In this document: positions 28,689 through 37,916 of the stretch, piece after piece | Layout of the letters: each line of letters begins with the position of its first letter | Numbering within the stretch: position 1 is the first letter of the stretch | From: a candidate division FCPU426 bacterium | GTDB lineage: Bacteria > Oederibacteriota > Muellerivitia > Muellerivitales > Muellerivitaceae | DNA length: 64,000 nucleotides | Assembly (NCBI GenBank): GCA_963738405.1 | Contig: CAVTWJ010000023.1 | Coordinates: 160,001 to 224,000 of the forward strand | Direction of reading: 5' to 3' | Program-made: the position numbers and the translations under genes | Notes under the pieces: generated by a model | Seen by the model: only the letters and a program-made list of their open reading frames with translations | What the model was told of the DNA's origin: nothing | Databases searched by the model: none

Positions 28689-28769
28689 ATTGCCCCTGAC
28701 GTTATTTTCTTGTCCACGACGGGTCCCCGTCGTGGACAAGATTTATGATCAAAACAAAACCAACAATTC

Positions 28770-29678
28770 CTATTTCGGCAATGTCTTGGGTGGTCCCGAC
28801 TTGGGAGTGGGCGGGGGCGGGGCGGTGGAACGCCGCACCATCAGTTCTGGCTCGATCAAGATATGCTGCCGGGCCTTTTGGGGGTCCAGCACGATAGAAT
28901 CCAACATCTCGACGGCAATTCGACCCATCTCATAGAAGGGCTGGTGGATGGTGGTCAATGGCGGGCTATGCAAGGCAGCCTGGTCGTAATTATCAAAACC
29001 CACCACCGAAAGATTTCCCGGAATGCGCAGGTCTATTTCTGCCGCTTTCTGCATGGCGCCAAAGGCGATCATGTCGCTGGCGCAGACTAGGGCCGTGGGG
29101 CGCACCGTTTCGGGCAGGGCCAAAAGCTCTCCCGCCGCTTCCCTTCCGAAATCGGAGGAAAATACCCCATGCCTCACCCAATCGGCGTTTTCCAAGATGC
29201 CCCTTTCCTTCATCGCCGTTTGAAACCCCGCATAGCGGTCCCGGGCGTTGGAGGAAAGCTCCAATTCACCGCCCAAATAGCCGATGCGGTTGTGACCCAG
29301 GTGGATTAAATGTTCCGTGGCCTTGCGGGCTCCCTCCTGGTTGTCCAAATCCACCCAGGAATATTCCTCCCCCTCATCCCTGTGGAAAAGAAGAACAATA
29401 GGGATTTTGACGTCTTTCAGGATGCTCAAGTCCTGGTTCCGAGTGCGGGGCGCCATAATGACCAACCCCGAAAGCTCTTCTTTCTTAAGAAATTCCGCCT
29501 CCCCTCCCAATTCACCTACCACATTTTTCAGAAGAAGGGGAAATTCAGAACGGGTGATGCCGTCAATGATGCCGGTAAGGGTTTGCTGATAATAGGTTTC
29601 CGAAAGATGAGGGGAACATTCCCAGAAGGAAAGAAGTCCCAGGGAACGGTGGGATTTGGATATAGAGTTTTGAGTCAT
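28770..29678 (-). CDS. LacI-family ligand-binding domain protein lacking the DNA-binding HTH
   Basis: VDLDNQEGARKATEHLIHLGHNRIG, PTALVCASD, LSVVGFDN, PPLTTIHQP; in-frame stop 13 codons upstream. Confidence 0.85.
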   Translation of the reverse strand: MTQNSISKSHRSLGLLSFWECSPHLSETYYQQTLTGIIDGITRSEFPLLLKNVVGELGGEAEFLKKEELSGLVIMAPRTRNQDLSILKDVKIPIVLLFHRDEGEEYSWVDLDNQEGARKATEHLIHLGHNRIGYLGGELELSSNARDRYAGFQTAMKERGILENADWVRHGVFSSDFGREAAGELLALPETVRPTALVCASDMIAFGAMQKAAEIDLRIPGNLSVVGFDNYDQAALHSPPLTTIHQPFYEMGRIAVEMLDSIVLDPQKARQHILIEPELMVRRSTAPPPPTPKSGPPKTLPK

Positions 29679-29732
29679 TCTTTGCCTCGACCAAAGCTTG
29701 GACCACAGAATTACTCAAAAAAAGATAATTTA

Positions 29733-29812
29733 GCCACAGATTCATGAGATTCATGGGATCAAAACCATTTACGTCTTTTGCTTCATCTGCTTGCATCCCA
29801 TGCATCTGTGGC
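29733..29812. repeat. Nonamer tandem/inverted repeat element
   Basis: gccacagat-tcatgagat-tcatgggat ... atctgcttgc-atcccatgc-atctgtggc. Confidence 0.7.
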
Positions 29813-29869
29813 AAAAAAGCTTTTGGCTACACAGTAAAAATCTTACGCCTCAACTTACGTTATGAAAAC

Positions 29870-30769
29870 TTATTTCGTCACGTAATCTTCCATGGTCTCA
29901 AACTTATCGAAAGGTTTTTTATCCGTGGAAATCCCCCCGCGCGTTTTGAGCACTTGGAGTTCCTCGTTGGTGGGATCCACCCGGTAAAGGGAGGGAGTGA
30001 AATAGTCGAAAGTTATCCCCTGTTTTTTCAATTTCTTCACGTTGGATTCCATCACCCGGATTGAAATGGGGGAAGCGGAAGCCATGCGGTAGGTCCAGCC
30101 CATTCCAAAACAGGGCATTTCTACCCGGGCAGTGAGAATGTTCGAAAACACCGAGCGGAAGGTTTTATAAATCGTGGCGAAGGAGTCTGGAAAGAGATAA
30201 TAGTTGTCCGTGTGAATTCCGATCAACCCGCCCTTCTTCAACCTTTTCTTGCAGGTTTGGTAAAACTCCTTGGTGTAAAGCATCTTGGAAGGACCATGGG
30301 GCTCCGTCAGGTCAATGATGAGCACATCGTATTTTTCGGGGTTTTCTACCAGCCGCTTGCGGGCGTCTTCGTAAATGATCTCCACCCTTGGATCCTTGAG
30401 GCACTTTTCAATTTCAGGGTAATTTTTCCGGCAAAAATCCACCACGCCCTTGTCAATCTCGACCATCAGGATGCGCTTGAGGGTCTTAAACTTCACCGCC
30501 TCTTCCAAAGCGAAACAATCCCCTCCCCCAATCACACAGATGCTTTCGGGTTTTCGGTGGGCTAATAGCGGCGCTGAGACTAGGTACTGGTGATAGCGGT
30601 TTTCGTCCCCGCGGCTGATCTGGATTTTTCCATCCAGAAAGAGCAGAGTCCCAAAGGTGTCGTTCTCGAAGATTTCCATCGATTGATAGGGCGTCTGGCC
30701 CTTATAGAGGGACTGGCCCTTATAGACATGGCCGAAGGTATTGGTGGTCCACTCTGTTTTGATATCCAT
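29870..30769 (-). CDS. speE: Spermidine synthase / polyamine aminopropyltransferase
   Basis: TPYQSMEI, LFLDGKIQ, IGGGD, MVEID, YDVLIIDLTEP, LYTKEFY; ATG at 30769. Confidence 0.88.
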   Translation of the reverse strand: MDIKTEWTTNTFGHVYKGQSLYKGQTPYQSMEIFENDTFGTLLFLDGKIQISRGDENRYHQYLVSAPLLAHRKPESICVIGGGDCFALEEAVKFKTLKRILMVEIDKGVVDFCRKNYPEIEKCLKDPRVEIIYEDARKRLVENPEKYDVLIIDLTEPHGPSKMLYTKEFYQTCKKRLKKGGLIGIHTDNYYLFPDSFATIYKTFRSVFSNILTARVEMPCFGMGWTYRMASASPISIRVMESNVKKLKKQGITFDYFTPSLYRVDPTNEELQVLKTRGGISTDKKPFDKFETMEDYVTK

Positions 30770-30857
30770 TGGGATGGCTCCTGGGGAGGGGGTGCTTTTG
30801 CCGGGGATTATATCGGAATTCAGGGAAAGGGCCTGGAAAAACCTTGGTAACAAATAG

Positions 30858-32063
30858 CTAGAACAGATATAGATCCAGGGAAAACCTTAAATCAAAGCCT
30901 GTGTAATCAATGGCGGCATAGTCCCCATTGCCCTGACCCAGGCTTTGGCTGGACTGAACCCCCAGCGTGCCGTTTCGCAAAACTGCCAGGGCCGCCGTGG
31001 TTCCAACCGCCTGGTTGGTGGCGCTTCCCTGAACCTGGGGAATCTTGGCATAACGAAACCTGCCGGAAAGTTCCAGACCCACTTCTCTCGTCACGAACCA
31101 CTCGTTTCCTACCCCTAAGGCGCAGCCCAAAGCCCCGCCGGTAAACTGTCCCACCACCGGGTTCATGGGATCGGCCTGGTAATACCTTACCTGAGTAAAA
31201 TAATATCCGACCCCGCCCATGGCGAACAAACGGCTTTTGCCGCTTGTCAAATTTCGGTAATAGTTCAAATCCAAAGCGTAGGTGTCGGGAGTCACCGACT
31301 GAATCAGATTGGCGTTTGAGGAAACCACCGTAACTTGGTAACCCTCGCCGCCTAAATAATCCAACCCCACGGAAAACACATTCGCCTCATCCAGGTTGCA
31401 TCCCCCTTCCAACCCCAGTTCGACTCCCGTATTGCGGGCGGTGGCCAAGCCATTGGAGGTTCCGATACCTGAGGATTTATTCCAAGACTGAGCCCCCGAT
31501 TCCAGGTCCGACATGTTGGCGAAACCGAAGCTGGAATTTAATTTGAGCCAAACCGGAAAACGGGGACCTGAGGGTTTATGGGATACATAGGATGGATAGG
31601 GCATGGCGTAACCGGAAACTTGGGCCAAGAGATCGGTGGAAACGATCACGGCTTGCGGATGGGCATAGCCGTATTCGACCGTCTCAAGGGGCTGCAAGGA
31701 AAAGGAAGAAGTTAGGGAGGAGGACGAGAACTGCAGTTTCTTGAAATTATTGAGAAGTCCCGGATTGTTGGGATTAATCTTTAAGCTTTCCTGATAGGCC
31801 CCCATCGCGGCGTCCCTTTGCTGAAGGACAAAATAGCAGTTACCGATCATGTGGTAGGTTTTCCAGGAGTCCAGGTTTTCATCGGCGGCTAAATAGAAAT
31901 GGTGGAGGGCTTCCTGGTACTTGCCTAACTGGTAAAGATGAAAGCCCGTTTCATATTCCAAGGCTCCGGACTTTTCAGGAGCGCCAAAACAAGGCGAACC
32001 TATGAATAGGCATGGGACCATGAGCCATAACCGCCAAAGGTGTTTGGGAGATGAAAAGATCAA
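30858..32063 (-). CDS. TPR-containing protein with C-terminal outer-membrane beta-barrel
   Basis: Signal peptide, TPRs (YQLGKYQEALHHF, IGNCYFVLQQRDAAMGAYQESLKINPNN), amphipathic strands ending LDLYLF. Start uncertain. Confidence 0.7.
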   Translation of the reverse strand: MIFSSPKHLWRLWLMVPCLFIGSPCFGAPEKSGALEYETGFHLYQLGKYQEALHHFYLAADENLDSWKTYHMIGNCYFVLQQRDAAMGAYQESLKINPNNPGLLNNFKKLQFSSSSLTSSFSLQPLETVEYGYAHPQAVIVSTDLLAQVSGYAMPYPSYVSHKPSGPRFPVWLKLNSSFGFANMSDLESGAQSWNKSSGIGTSNGLATARNTGVELGLEGGCNLDEANVFSVGLDYLGGEGYQVTVVSSNANLIQSVTPDTYALDLNYYRNLTSGKSRLFAMGGVGYYFTQVRYYQADPMNPVVGQFTGGALGCALGVGNEWFVTREVGLELSGRFRYAKIPQVQGSATNQAVGTTAALAVLRNGTLGVQSSQSLGQGNGDYAAIDYTGFDLRFSLDLYLF

Positions 32064-32268
32064 AAAAAAGCCGATCCTGTTATTTATTTTTTTAAACGGA
32101 CGGGGAATAAAAAGGAGTTGTCATCCGTAAAGAAAAGCTCACCCAATATCTAAGCTTTTACATTTTACCCTTACCCGGCCTGCTCAAAGATGATTTATCT
32201 CTTCATAGCTTTATGGGCCGGGAGGGTTAGCCGCCGCTCAAATCCCATGTTTTTAAAGGGGATTCGCA

Positions 32269-32299
32269 GGTGTAGACGGGAAGGAAGCGGCTTTATTCC
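32269..32299 (-). promoter_or_regulatory. Putative ECF-sigma promoter upstream of the TPR-barrel gene
   Basis: Minus strand GGAATAAA-N14-GTCTACACC. Confidence 0.5.
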
Positions 32300-32362
32300 A
32301 ATTTTTTCAGGTTTAAAAATGAAGAAAAAACGAAGAAAAAGAGGAGTTTAGAGGAGAAGGAA

Positions 32363-32764
32363 TTAAGACTTTTTCATTCCAGGGGCCTTCCCAAACTGGG
32401 CCGTAATGGTGGAATGCATGCCTCCACGGGTGTTAAAGACCCCTGTGACCCGGCACCATTTGGGTTTGGCGGCCGAGGTAAAGTCGCGGAGCATCCGATT
32501 AACGGCGTTTTCGTAGAAAATGCCAATATTTCGGTAGGCCAAAATGTAATCCTTCAGGGATTTCAATTCCAGGACAAGTTTCACCGGTTCATATTCAAGA
32601 ATAATGGTCCCGAAATCGGGCAGGCCTGTTTTGGGGCAGACGGCCGTGTATTCGGGTATCTCAATGCGGATGGTATAGGCGGGATACATATTGGGAAAGG
32701 TTTCAATGGGAGGAAGCTTGGTCCCTATTCCCGACTTGGCGTGGCTTTCGTTATAGGACTTCAT
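32363..32764 (-). CDS. queF: 7-cyano-7-deazaguanine reductase (preQ1 synthase, type I)
   Basis: EYTAVCPKTGLPDFG, ELKSLKDY, FYEN, FNTRGG; ATG at 32764. Confidence 0.95.
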   Translation of the reverse strand: MKSYNESHAKSGIGTKLPPIETFPNMYPAYTIRIEIPEYTAVCPKTGLPDFGTIILEYEPVKLVLELKSLKDYILAYRNIGIFYENAVNRMLRDFTSAAKPKWCRVTGVFNTRGGMHSTITAQFGKAPGMKKS

Positions 32765-33167
32765 TTTCCCTCGCTTTTTTCGTTTCGGTTGAGGAGAACT
32801 CAGGGCGGATCGTGTGGTCCGAAAAACCCACGATATTACCCCAGGGGTCGGAGACTTCAATGATCCATCCGGCCGGCATCTGGATCGGTTCGGTGGAAAC
32901 AAGGTCTCTTAACCGAAGCCAACCCTTGGCTTCGTGGGCGTCTTCGACCTCCACAAAAAGCCGCGCGTGATGGGGCGATGACTTAACCGGGGAAAGGTTC
33001 TCTTTTTTCAAAACCAGGTTTTGGCGTCCCTCGCCAATGCCCATCACCACAACGCCCAAACCATCGATATGAAACTTGTACCGGAATCCCAGTTTTTCAT
33101 AAAAAACTTTCGCTTGATTCAAATCCCCGACAGGAAAAATCACATTGGTGATGCCAAGAATTTCCAC
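32751..33167 (-). CDS. VOC/glyoxalase family protein
   Basis: VGDLNQAKVFYEKLGF...DPWGNIVGF. Confidence 0.88.
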   Translation of the reverse strand: MEILGITNVIFPVGDLNQAKVFYEKLGFRYKFHIDGLGVVVMGIGEGRQNLVLKKENLSPVKSSPHHARLFVEVEDAHEAKGWLRLRDLVSTEPIQMPAGWIIEVSDPWGNIVGFSDHTIRPEFSSTETKKARENEVL

Positions 33168-33197
33168 GGGATCGCCCTTTAAGGAAAGGTTGCGTCT

Positions 33198-34274
33198 TTA
33201 ATTGACAAGATTGTAGAGAGTATCTCTTTGGTGCGGCTCAAAACCCATTTCGCTGATCAGGCGCCGCATTTCGTTAAGTTCCATCGTGTAGTGGGTGCCT
33301 GTGGAGGAAACCACATTTTCTTCCAACATGATGCTTCCTAAGTCGTTGGCCCCGTATTTGAGGCCCAGTTGACCGATCTTCTTTCCGGGCGTCACCCAGG
33401 AAGCCTGAAGATTGGGCAGGGTGTGGTTCAAGATGACCCGGCTTAAGGCCAAGGTTTTTAAATAATCCATCCCGCTGGCGCTTTTTAAGCCCAGCGCTTC
33501 ATTGCCCGGCTGGTAAAGCCAGGGGATAAATCCTAAAAATCCGCCCGTCTCTTCCTGCAGTTCCCTTACTCTAAAAACGTGCTCGATACGGTCCTCGATG
33601 GTTTCCACATGACCGAACATCATGGTAGCGGTGGAGCGCATGCCGATGGAATGCAGGTCGCGCATCACGCCCAGCCATTCTTCGGTGGAGGCCTTGAGAG
33701 GCGCGATTTCCTTGCGGACCCGATCCACCAAAATCTCGGCGCCGCCGCCAGGCATGGAATCCATGCCCGCTTTTCTGAATTCCTTGAGAATCTCAATAAC
33801 TGGCATGCCGAAAAGGCCTGAAAAATGGATGAGTTCGGGGGGCGAAAAGGAGTGCAGAGTGATATCCGGATGGGCCTGCTTCACTTTGGAAAGCATATTG
33901 ATATACCAATCCATCTTCAGATCGGGATGATGCCCGCCTTGGAGGAGAATCTGCGTAGCGCCCTTGGCCTTGGCCTCGGCGACCTTGTGGATGATCTTAT
34001 CCGCCTCGTTCACGTAGCCTTCGTTGGTATCCCCCGGTTCGCGGTAAAAAGCGCAAAACTTGCAGTAGGTTACGCAGACGTTGGTGTAATTGATGTTGCG
34101 GTCGATCAGGTAGGTGGCCATCTGGTCGCCCTTGGAGCGAGTTTTGAGCGTGTCAGCGAGCGCCCCCAGGTCGTTGAGCGGCGAACCTTGAAAAAGCTCC
34201 AAAGCCTCTTCCCGATTCACCACATGCCCATCGAGAATTTTTTCTTGTAATGTTTCAACCGATACAAGCGCCAT
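33198..34274 (-). CDS. mqnC: Cyclic dehypoxanthinyl futalosine synthase (radical SAM)
   Basis: DRNINYTNVCVTYCKFCAF, QILLQGGHHP, PGGGAEIL, QASWVT, GANDLGSIMLEENVV. Confidence 0.93.
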   Translation of the reverse strand: MALVSVETLQEKILDGHVVNREEALELFQGSPLNDLGALADTLKTRSKGDQMATYLIDRNINYTNVCVTYCKFCAFYREPGDTNEGYVNEADKIIHKVAEAKAKGATQILLQGGHHPDLKMDWYINMLSKVKQAHPDITLHSFSPPELIHFSGLFGMPVIEILKEFRKAGMDSMPGGGAEILVDRVRKEIAPLKASTEEWLGVMRDLHSIGMRSTATMMFGHVETIEDRIEHVFRVRELQEETGGFLGFIPWLYQPGNEALGLKSASGMDYLKTLALSRVILNHTLPNLQASWVTPGKKIGQLGLKYGANDLGSIMLEENVVSSTGTHYTMELNEMRRLISEMGFEPHQRDTLYNLVN

Positions 34275-34290
34275 AGCGACCCTCTTTGAA

Positions 34291-35235
34291 TTAAAAAATC
34301 AGTCCTTCTTCTTTCAAGAGCTTCTGGAATTCGTTCTGGCCTTTGACTTCCTCGGGCCCATATTCGTAGCGGATGTTCTTTTCGAGATATTCCTTGGACA
34401 GGTTCCGGCGAAACACCCAGATGCCCGGATATCCATCGGCGATTTCTTGGTAATGCTTCACACCCTCGTTTCGGCAGGCCAAGAGATCATGCTCGATTTC
34501 CCGGGCGACGGGAACCGAAGCCGTCATCCAAACCGCGAAAACAAAAGGCTTTTGGGTGCGTAAAAACCACTCTTCTCCCAGGTCGGTAACGGTCATACCC
34601 GAAGGGGCCGATTCCAGGGCGATATCGCCGAATTGAAGCACTACTTCCCAGGGTTTGACCTGGTTGGGATGGAATTGTTCCATGTCAACCGGCACCACAT
34701 TCAGTCCCTTGACCCCGTACCATTTTTTCAGGATCAGCCGGGCAAGTAGAACCGAGGTTTCAGAACGGTTGTCCACGAATAGGCATTGGGCCTCGGGCAA
34801 AGGATTATAGGATAGCAACCGCACGCTTTTTACCGGTCCCTTACAGCCCACCGCGGCAATAGGAACAATCTGGAGGCTAGGGTCTTTGATATAGGCGGCG
34901 ATGGGGGCGATGGCCACATCCAACTGGCCCTCTTTTAACATCTTCGCCATTTGATTCGGCGCCACTTCGATGACTTTGTGGTGCTTAGTCATGTCCCAGG
35001 TCAAGGGTTGAACATTGAGAAAATGGTAAACCCCGATCCGCATGGGTTTTGATGTGAACTTGACCGGCTCAGCGGGTTTGGGAGCGGGAACCGCAATGGC
35101 TGGCTTGTCCCCCGCAGCAGGAGCGGAGGGGGAAGCGGCAACCGGAGCGGCCGCAACCGCAGGAGCCGGAGTTGCGGCAGGTGCGGGGGTAGTAACAGGC
35201 GCGGCTGGCATTGGATTCGCTGGTGTCTCGCTCAT
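34291..35235 (-). CDS. mqnA: Chorismate dehydratase with Pro/Ala-rich N-terminal extension
   Basis: FLNVQPL, GPVKSV, SETSVLL, GDIAL, DLGEEW, PFVFAVW. Confidence 0.88.
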   Translation of the reverse strand: MSETPANPMPAAPVTTPAPAATPAPAVAAAPVAASPSAPAAGDKPAIAVPAPKPAEPVKFTSKPMRIGVYHFLNVQPLTWDMTKHHKVIEVAPNQMAKMLKEGQLDVAIAPIAAYIKDPSLQIVPIAAVGCKGPVKSVRLLSYNPLPEAQCLFVDNRSETSVLLARLILKKWYGVKGLNVVPVDMEQFHPNQVKPWEVVLQFGDIALESAPSGMTVTDLGEEWFLRTQKPFVFAVWMTASVPVAREIEHDLLACRNEGVKHYQEIADGYPGIWVFRRNLSKEYLEKNIRYEYGPEEVKGQNEFQKLLKEEGLIF

Positions 35236-35281
35236 GGTTCTTCCTTAATAATGGAAAATATCCGACTTCAAAGCTAAACCC

Positions 35282-36406
35282 TCACCCAACATTTGCGGTA
35301 ACGGTTTGGGGTTTTAATTCTTTATAAAGCGTGTCCCGCTCCACGGGGATGCGTCCCGCCTCGCGGATCAAGTTTCTCAACTGCTGGTCGGTCATGACCT
35401 CCGGGGTCTCGGACCCCGCCATATGGTAAATCTTTTCTTCAATCACCGTGCCGTCTATATCATCCACCCCGTAACCCAATGCCAATTGGGCCAGTCTCGC
35501 ACCCAAAGTAATCCAGTAGGCTTTGATATGGGGAAAGTTATCCAAGTAAACCCGGCCCACGGCCAGGGTCTTTAAGTCTTCCATGCCGCTGGGGCGGGCA
35601 AAATGGTCCATGGCAGTGTGGTCCGGGTGAAAGGCCAGGGGAATAAAAGTTTGGAAGCCGCCTGTCTCGTCTTGTAATTCCCTCAACCGCCGCATGTGGT
35701 CCACCCGGTGGTGGTATTTCTCAATGTGACCGAAAAGCATGGTGGCGTTGGTTCGTAATCCCAGTTGATGGGCGGTACGGTGAATTTCGATCCATTGATC
35801 GGCGTCGGCCTTGCCGGGGCAGATCTGTTCCCTCACTTCGGGATGGAAAATCTCGGCTCCCCCGCCGGGCATGGAATCAAGCCCCGCCTCTTTAAGGGTG
35901 GAAAGAATCTCCCGATAACTCATGTTGAACTTGTTGGCGAAAAAGTCGATCTCCACCGCGGTAAAGCATTTCAAATGGACCGAGGGCACCTCTTTTTTCA
36001 GTATGCGAAGCATGGTCAGGTACCAGTTCAGGTCGTACTGCGGATGAAGGCCGCCGACAATATGAAGCTCGGTGATATGTTCTTTTTCGAAAGCCTCTTT
36101 GGCCTTTTCCAGGATCTGCTGGTGGGTGAACTCGAAAGCCCCTTCTTCCCCCTCAAACCGGGAAAAAGCGCAGAATTTGCAGGTCGTGGCGCAAACATTG
36201 GTGTAATCGATGTGCCGGTTGATGTTGTAGTAGGTGAAATTGCCGTTTTTGCGCTCACGAACCAGGTTGCCCATGGCGCCCAATATATAGAGATCGTTAG
36301 TTTCAAAAAGCCTCAGGGCGTCCGCTTCAGTTAAGCGGGTTTCGGACTCGACCTTTTCATATAAGTCTTTAATTGGAGAATGCTGTAGGCGGTATTTCAG
36401 AACCAC
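35282..36406 (-). CDS. mqnE: Aminofutalosine synthase (radical SAM)
   Basis: NRHIDYTNVCATTCKFCAF, ELHIVGGLHP, FTAVEI, HIKAYW, GVDDIDGTVIEEKIYHMAG; GTG at 36406 with GGAG RBS. Confidence 0.93.
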   Translation of the reverse strand: MVLKYRLQHSPIKDLYEKVESETRLTEADALRLFETNDLYILGAMGNLVRERKNGNFTYYNINRHIDYTNVCATTCKFCAFSRFEGEEGAFEFTHQQILEKAKEAFEKEHITELHIVGGLHPQYDLNWYLTMLRILKKEVPSVHLKCFTAVEIDFFANKFNMSYREILSTLKEAGLDSMPGGGAEIFHPEVREQICPGKADADQWIEIHRTAHQLGLRTNATMLFGHIEKYHHRVDHMRRLRELQDETGGFQTFIPLAFHPDHTAMDHFARPSGMEDLKTLAVGRVYLDNFPHIKAYWITLGARLAQLALGYGVDDIDGTVIEEKIYHMAGSETPEVMTDQQLRNLIREAGRIPVERDTLYKELKPQTVTANVG

Positions 36407-37266
36407 AAGGTCGCTCCCACAACCAGAAAGTAAAGAACAGCGATCCAACCGTTATAACCCATCATGGCGGGAGAAAGGCTAAATTGCGTGTCCCCGCCCT
36501 TCTTCTCAAACCGATAGGCCAAACGGTGCTGGATCAGAAGAATCAGTCCCACCAGGGCCACCCCCCCGTAATAAAGCGGGGAAAAACCTTCTTGAGCCCC
36601 GAAACCAGCGAGGAATCCTAACATAAGGGTATGGAACAATCGAGAGGCCAAAAGGCTCTTGGAAATACCCCACCGTACCACCCAAGAATGAAGTCCTTCC
36701 TGCTTGTCGAAGGAATAATCCTGCGTGGCGTAAAGAATATCGAATCCCGCCAAAAAACATATCACCGCGCCCATCAGCCAAAGGGGCTGGGTTTGGAATT
36801 GCCCGGTGGCCGCAATCCAGGCCCCCACGGGAGCCACGCCAAGGGCGATCCCCAGAAAGATATGGGAGGTCCAGGTAAAGCGCTTCGTATGGGAGTAAAA
36901 ATAAATAATGGCCAGAGCCAAGGGAGAAAGTTTGAAGGCCAGAGGATTGATGAAGTAGGTGGTTCCCACAAGCCCAAAGGCTGTCAACACGACGATGAGG
37001 CGCACCTGCCAGGTCTTGATCCTTCCCGTCGGCAGATCCCTGTTTTGGGTACGGGGGTTCTTGGCGTCTACATCGGCGTCCACCAGACGGTTATAGGCCA
37101 TGGCCGAGGTCCGGGCCAAAACCATACAAAGAACAACCAGCAAAAGAATTCTGATAGGAGGATGGCCATTAGTCGCCGTCAGCAAGCTCGCGAGGGCGAA
37201 GGGCAGGGCGAAAACGGAGTGGGGCAAAACAACCAGGTTGCTAAATGTTTTTAATTTCTCGAACAT
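36397..37266 (-). CDS. UbiA-like polyprenyltransferase (MqnP-type)
   Basis: HSVFALPFA, ARTSAMAYNRLVDADVDAKNPRT, YSHTKRFT, FDILYATQD. Confidence 0.92.
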   Translation of the reverse strand: MFEKLKTFSNLVVLPHSVFALPFALASLLTATNGHPPIRILLLVVLCMVLARTSAMAYNRLVDADVDAKNPRTQNRDLPTGRIKTWQVRLIVVLTAFGLVGTTYFINPLAFKLSPLALAIIYFYSHTKRFTWTSHIFLGIALGVAPVGAWIAATGQFQTQPLWLMGAVICFLAGFDILYATQDYSFDKQEGLHSWVVRWGISKSLLASRLFHTLMLGFLAGFGAQEGFSPLYYGGVALVGLILLIQHRLAYRFEKKGGDTQFSLSPAMMGYNGWIAVLYFLVVGATLWF

Positions 37267-37315
37267 TTTTCTCGTTTGAAATCGGAAATCAGAAGGAGCC
37301 CTTAGAACTTCATTT

Positions 37316-37891
37316 CTATTCGTTGCCTTTAACTGATGTTTGTTCTTCGACCCGCCACCGTTTAGAGACTTCCGCCTGAACCCCCGCATGGTCGTAAACC
37401 CGGGCGATAACCGTATCCACCAAATCTTCGATGGTTTTGGGATTGCCGTAAAAGCTGGGCGTCGCCGGGATGACATGTGCTCCCGCCAGAGTTAAAAGTT
37501 CCATGTTTTTAATTTGGATAAGAGACAAAGGAGTTTCCCGGGGTACCAGAATAAGTGTGCGTCTTTCTTTTAAAAACACTTCCCCGGAACGGGTGATCAG
37601 GTTATCGGCGATGCCGTGGGCCAGCTTGCCTAACGTGGTGGTCGAGCAGGGGATAACCACCATCGCCTCGAATTTGTTGGAACCGCTGGCGGATGGAGCC
37701 GTCAGGTCCTTCTCGTCCCATTCTTTGACATGGGGAGGAAGGTTGAGCCCCCCTTCATGGGAAGCCACCAGCCGGGCGGATTCAGAAACCACCGCGTGCA
37801 CTTCCCAATCGTCATAAGGAAAGTGCTGAAAAAACCTTCGGGCATAGATGCTTCCCGAGGCCCCCGTCACTGCCACCAGAATTTTTTTCAT
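37316..37891 (-). CDS. ubiX: Flavin prenyltransferase UbiX
   Basis: TGASGSIY, ASGS, PCS, LKERR, RETPL, PSFY. Confidence 0.95.
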   Translation of the reverse strand: MKKILVAVTGASGSIYARRFFQHFPYDDWEVHAVVSESARLVASHEGGLNLPPHVKEWDEKDLTAPSASGSNKFEAMVVIPCSTTTLGKLAHGIADNLITRSGEVFLKERRTLILVPRETPLSLIQIKNMELLTLAGAHVIPATPSFYGNPKTIEDLVDTVIARVYDHAGVQAEVSKRWRVEEQTSVKGNE

Positions 37892-37916
37892 GATTCCCTC
37901 GAATGAACGAAAACCC

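Noticed and set aside
32104..32130. GGAATAAA on the plus strand as another ECF promoter
   Set aside because: No CTA-type -10 at the 13-14 nt spacing and it points at no gene start.
32765..33197. preQ1 riboswitch upstream of queF
   Set aside because: queF start overlaps the VOC gene; no leader space or recognisable aptamer.
37266..37476. Extended N-termini in the ORF track for ubiA-like (also truA, queF, speE, menG, mqnE, rplM, tpx)
   Set aside because: Extensions overlap upstream genes or repeats; downstream starts match family N-termini and RBS positions.
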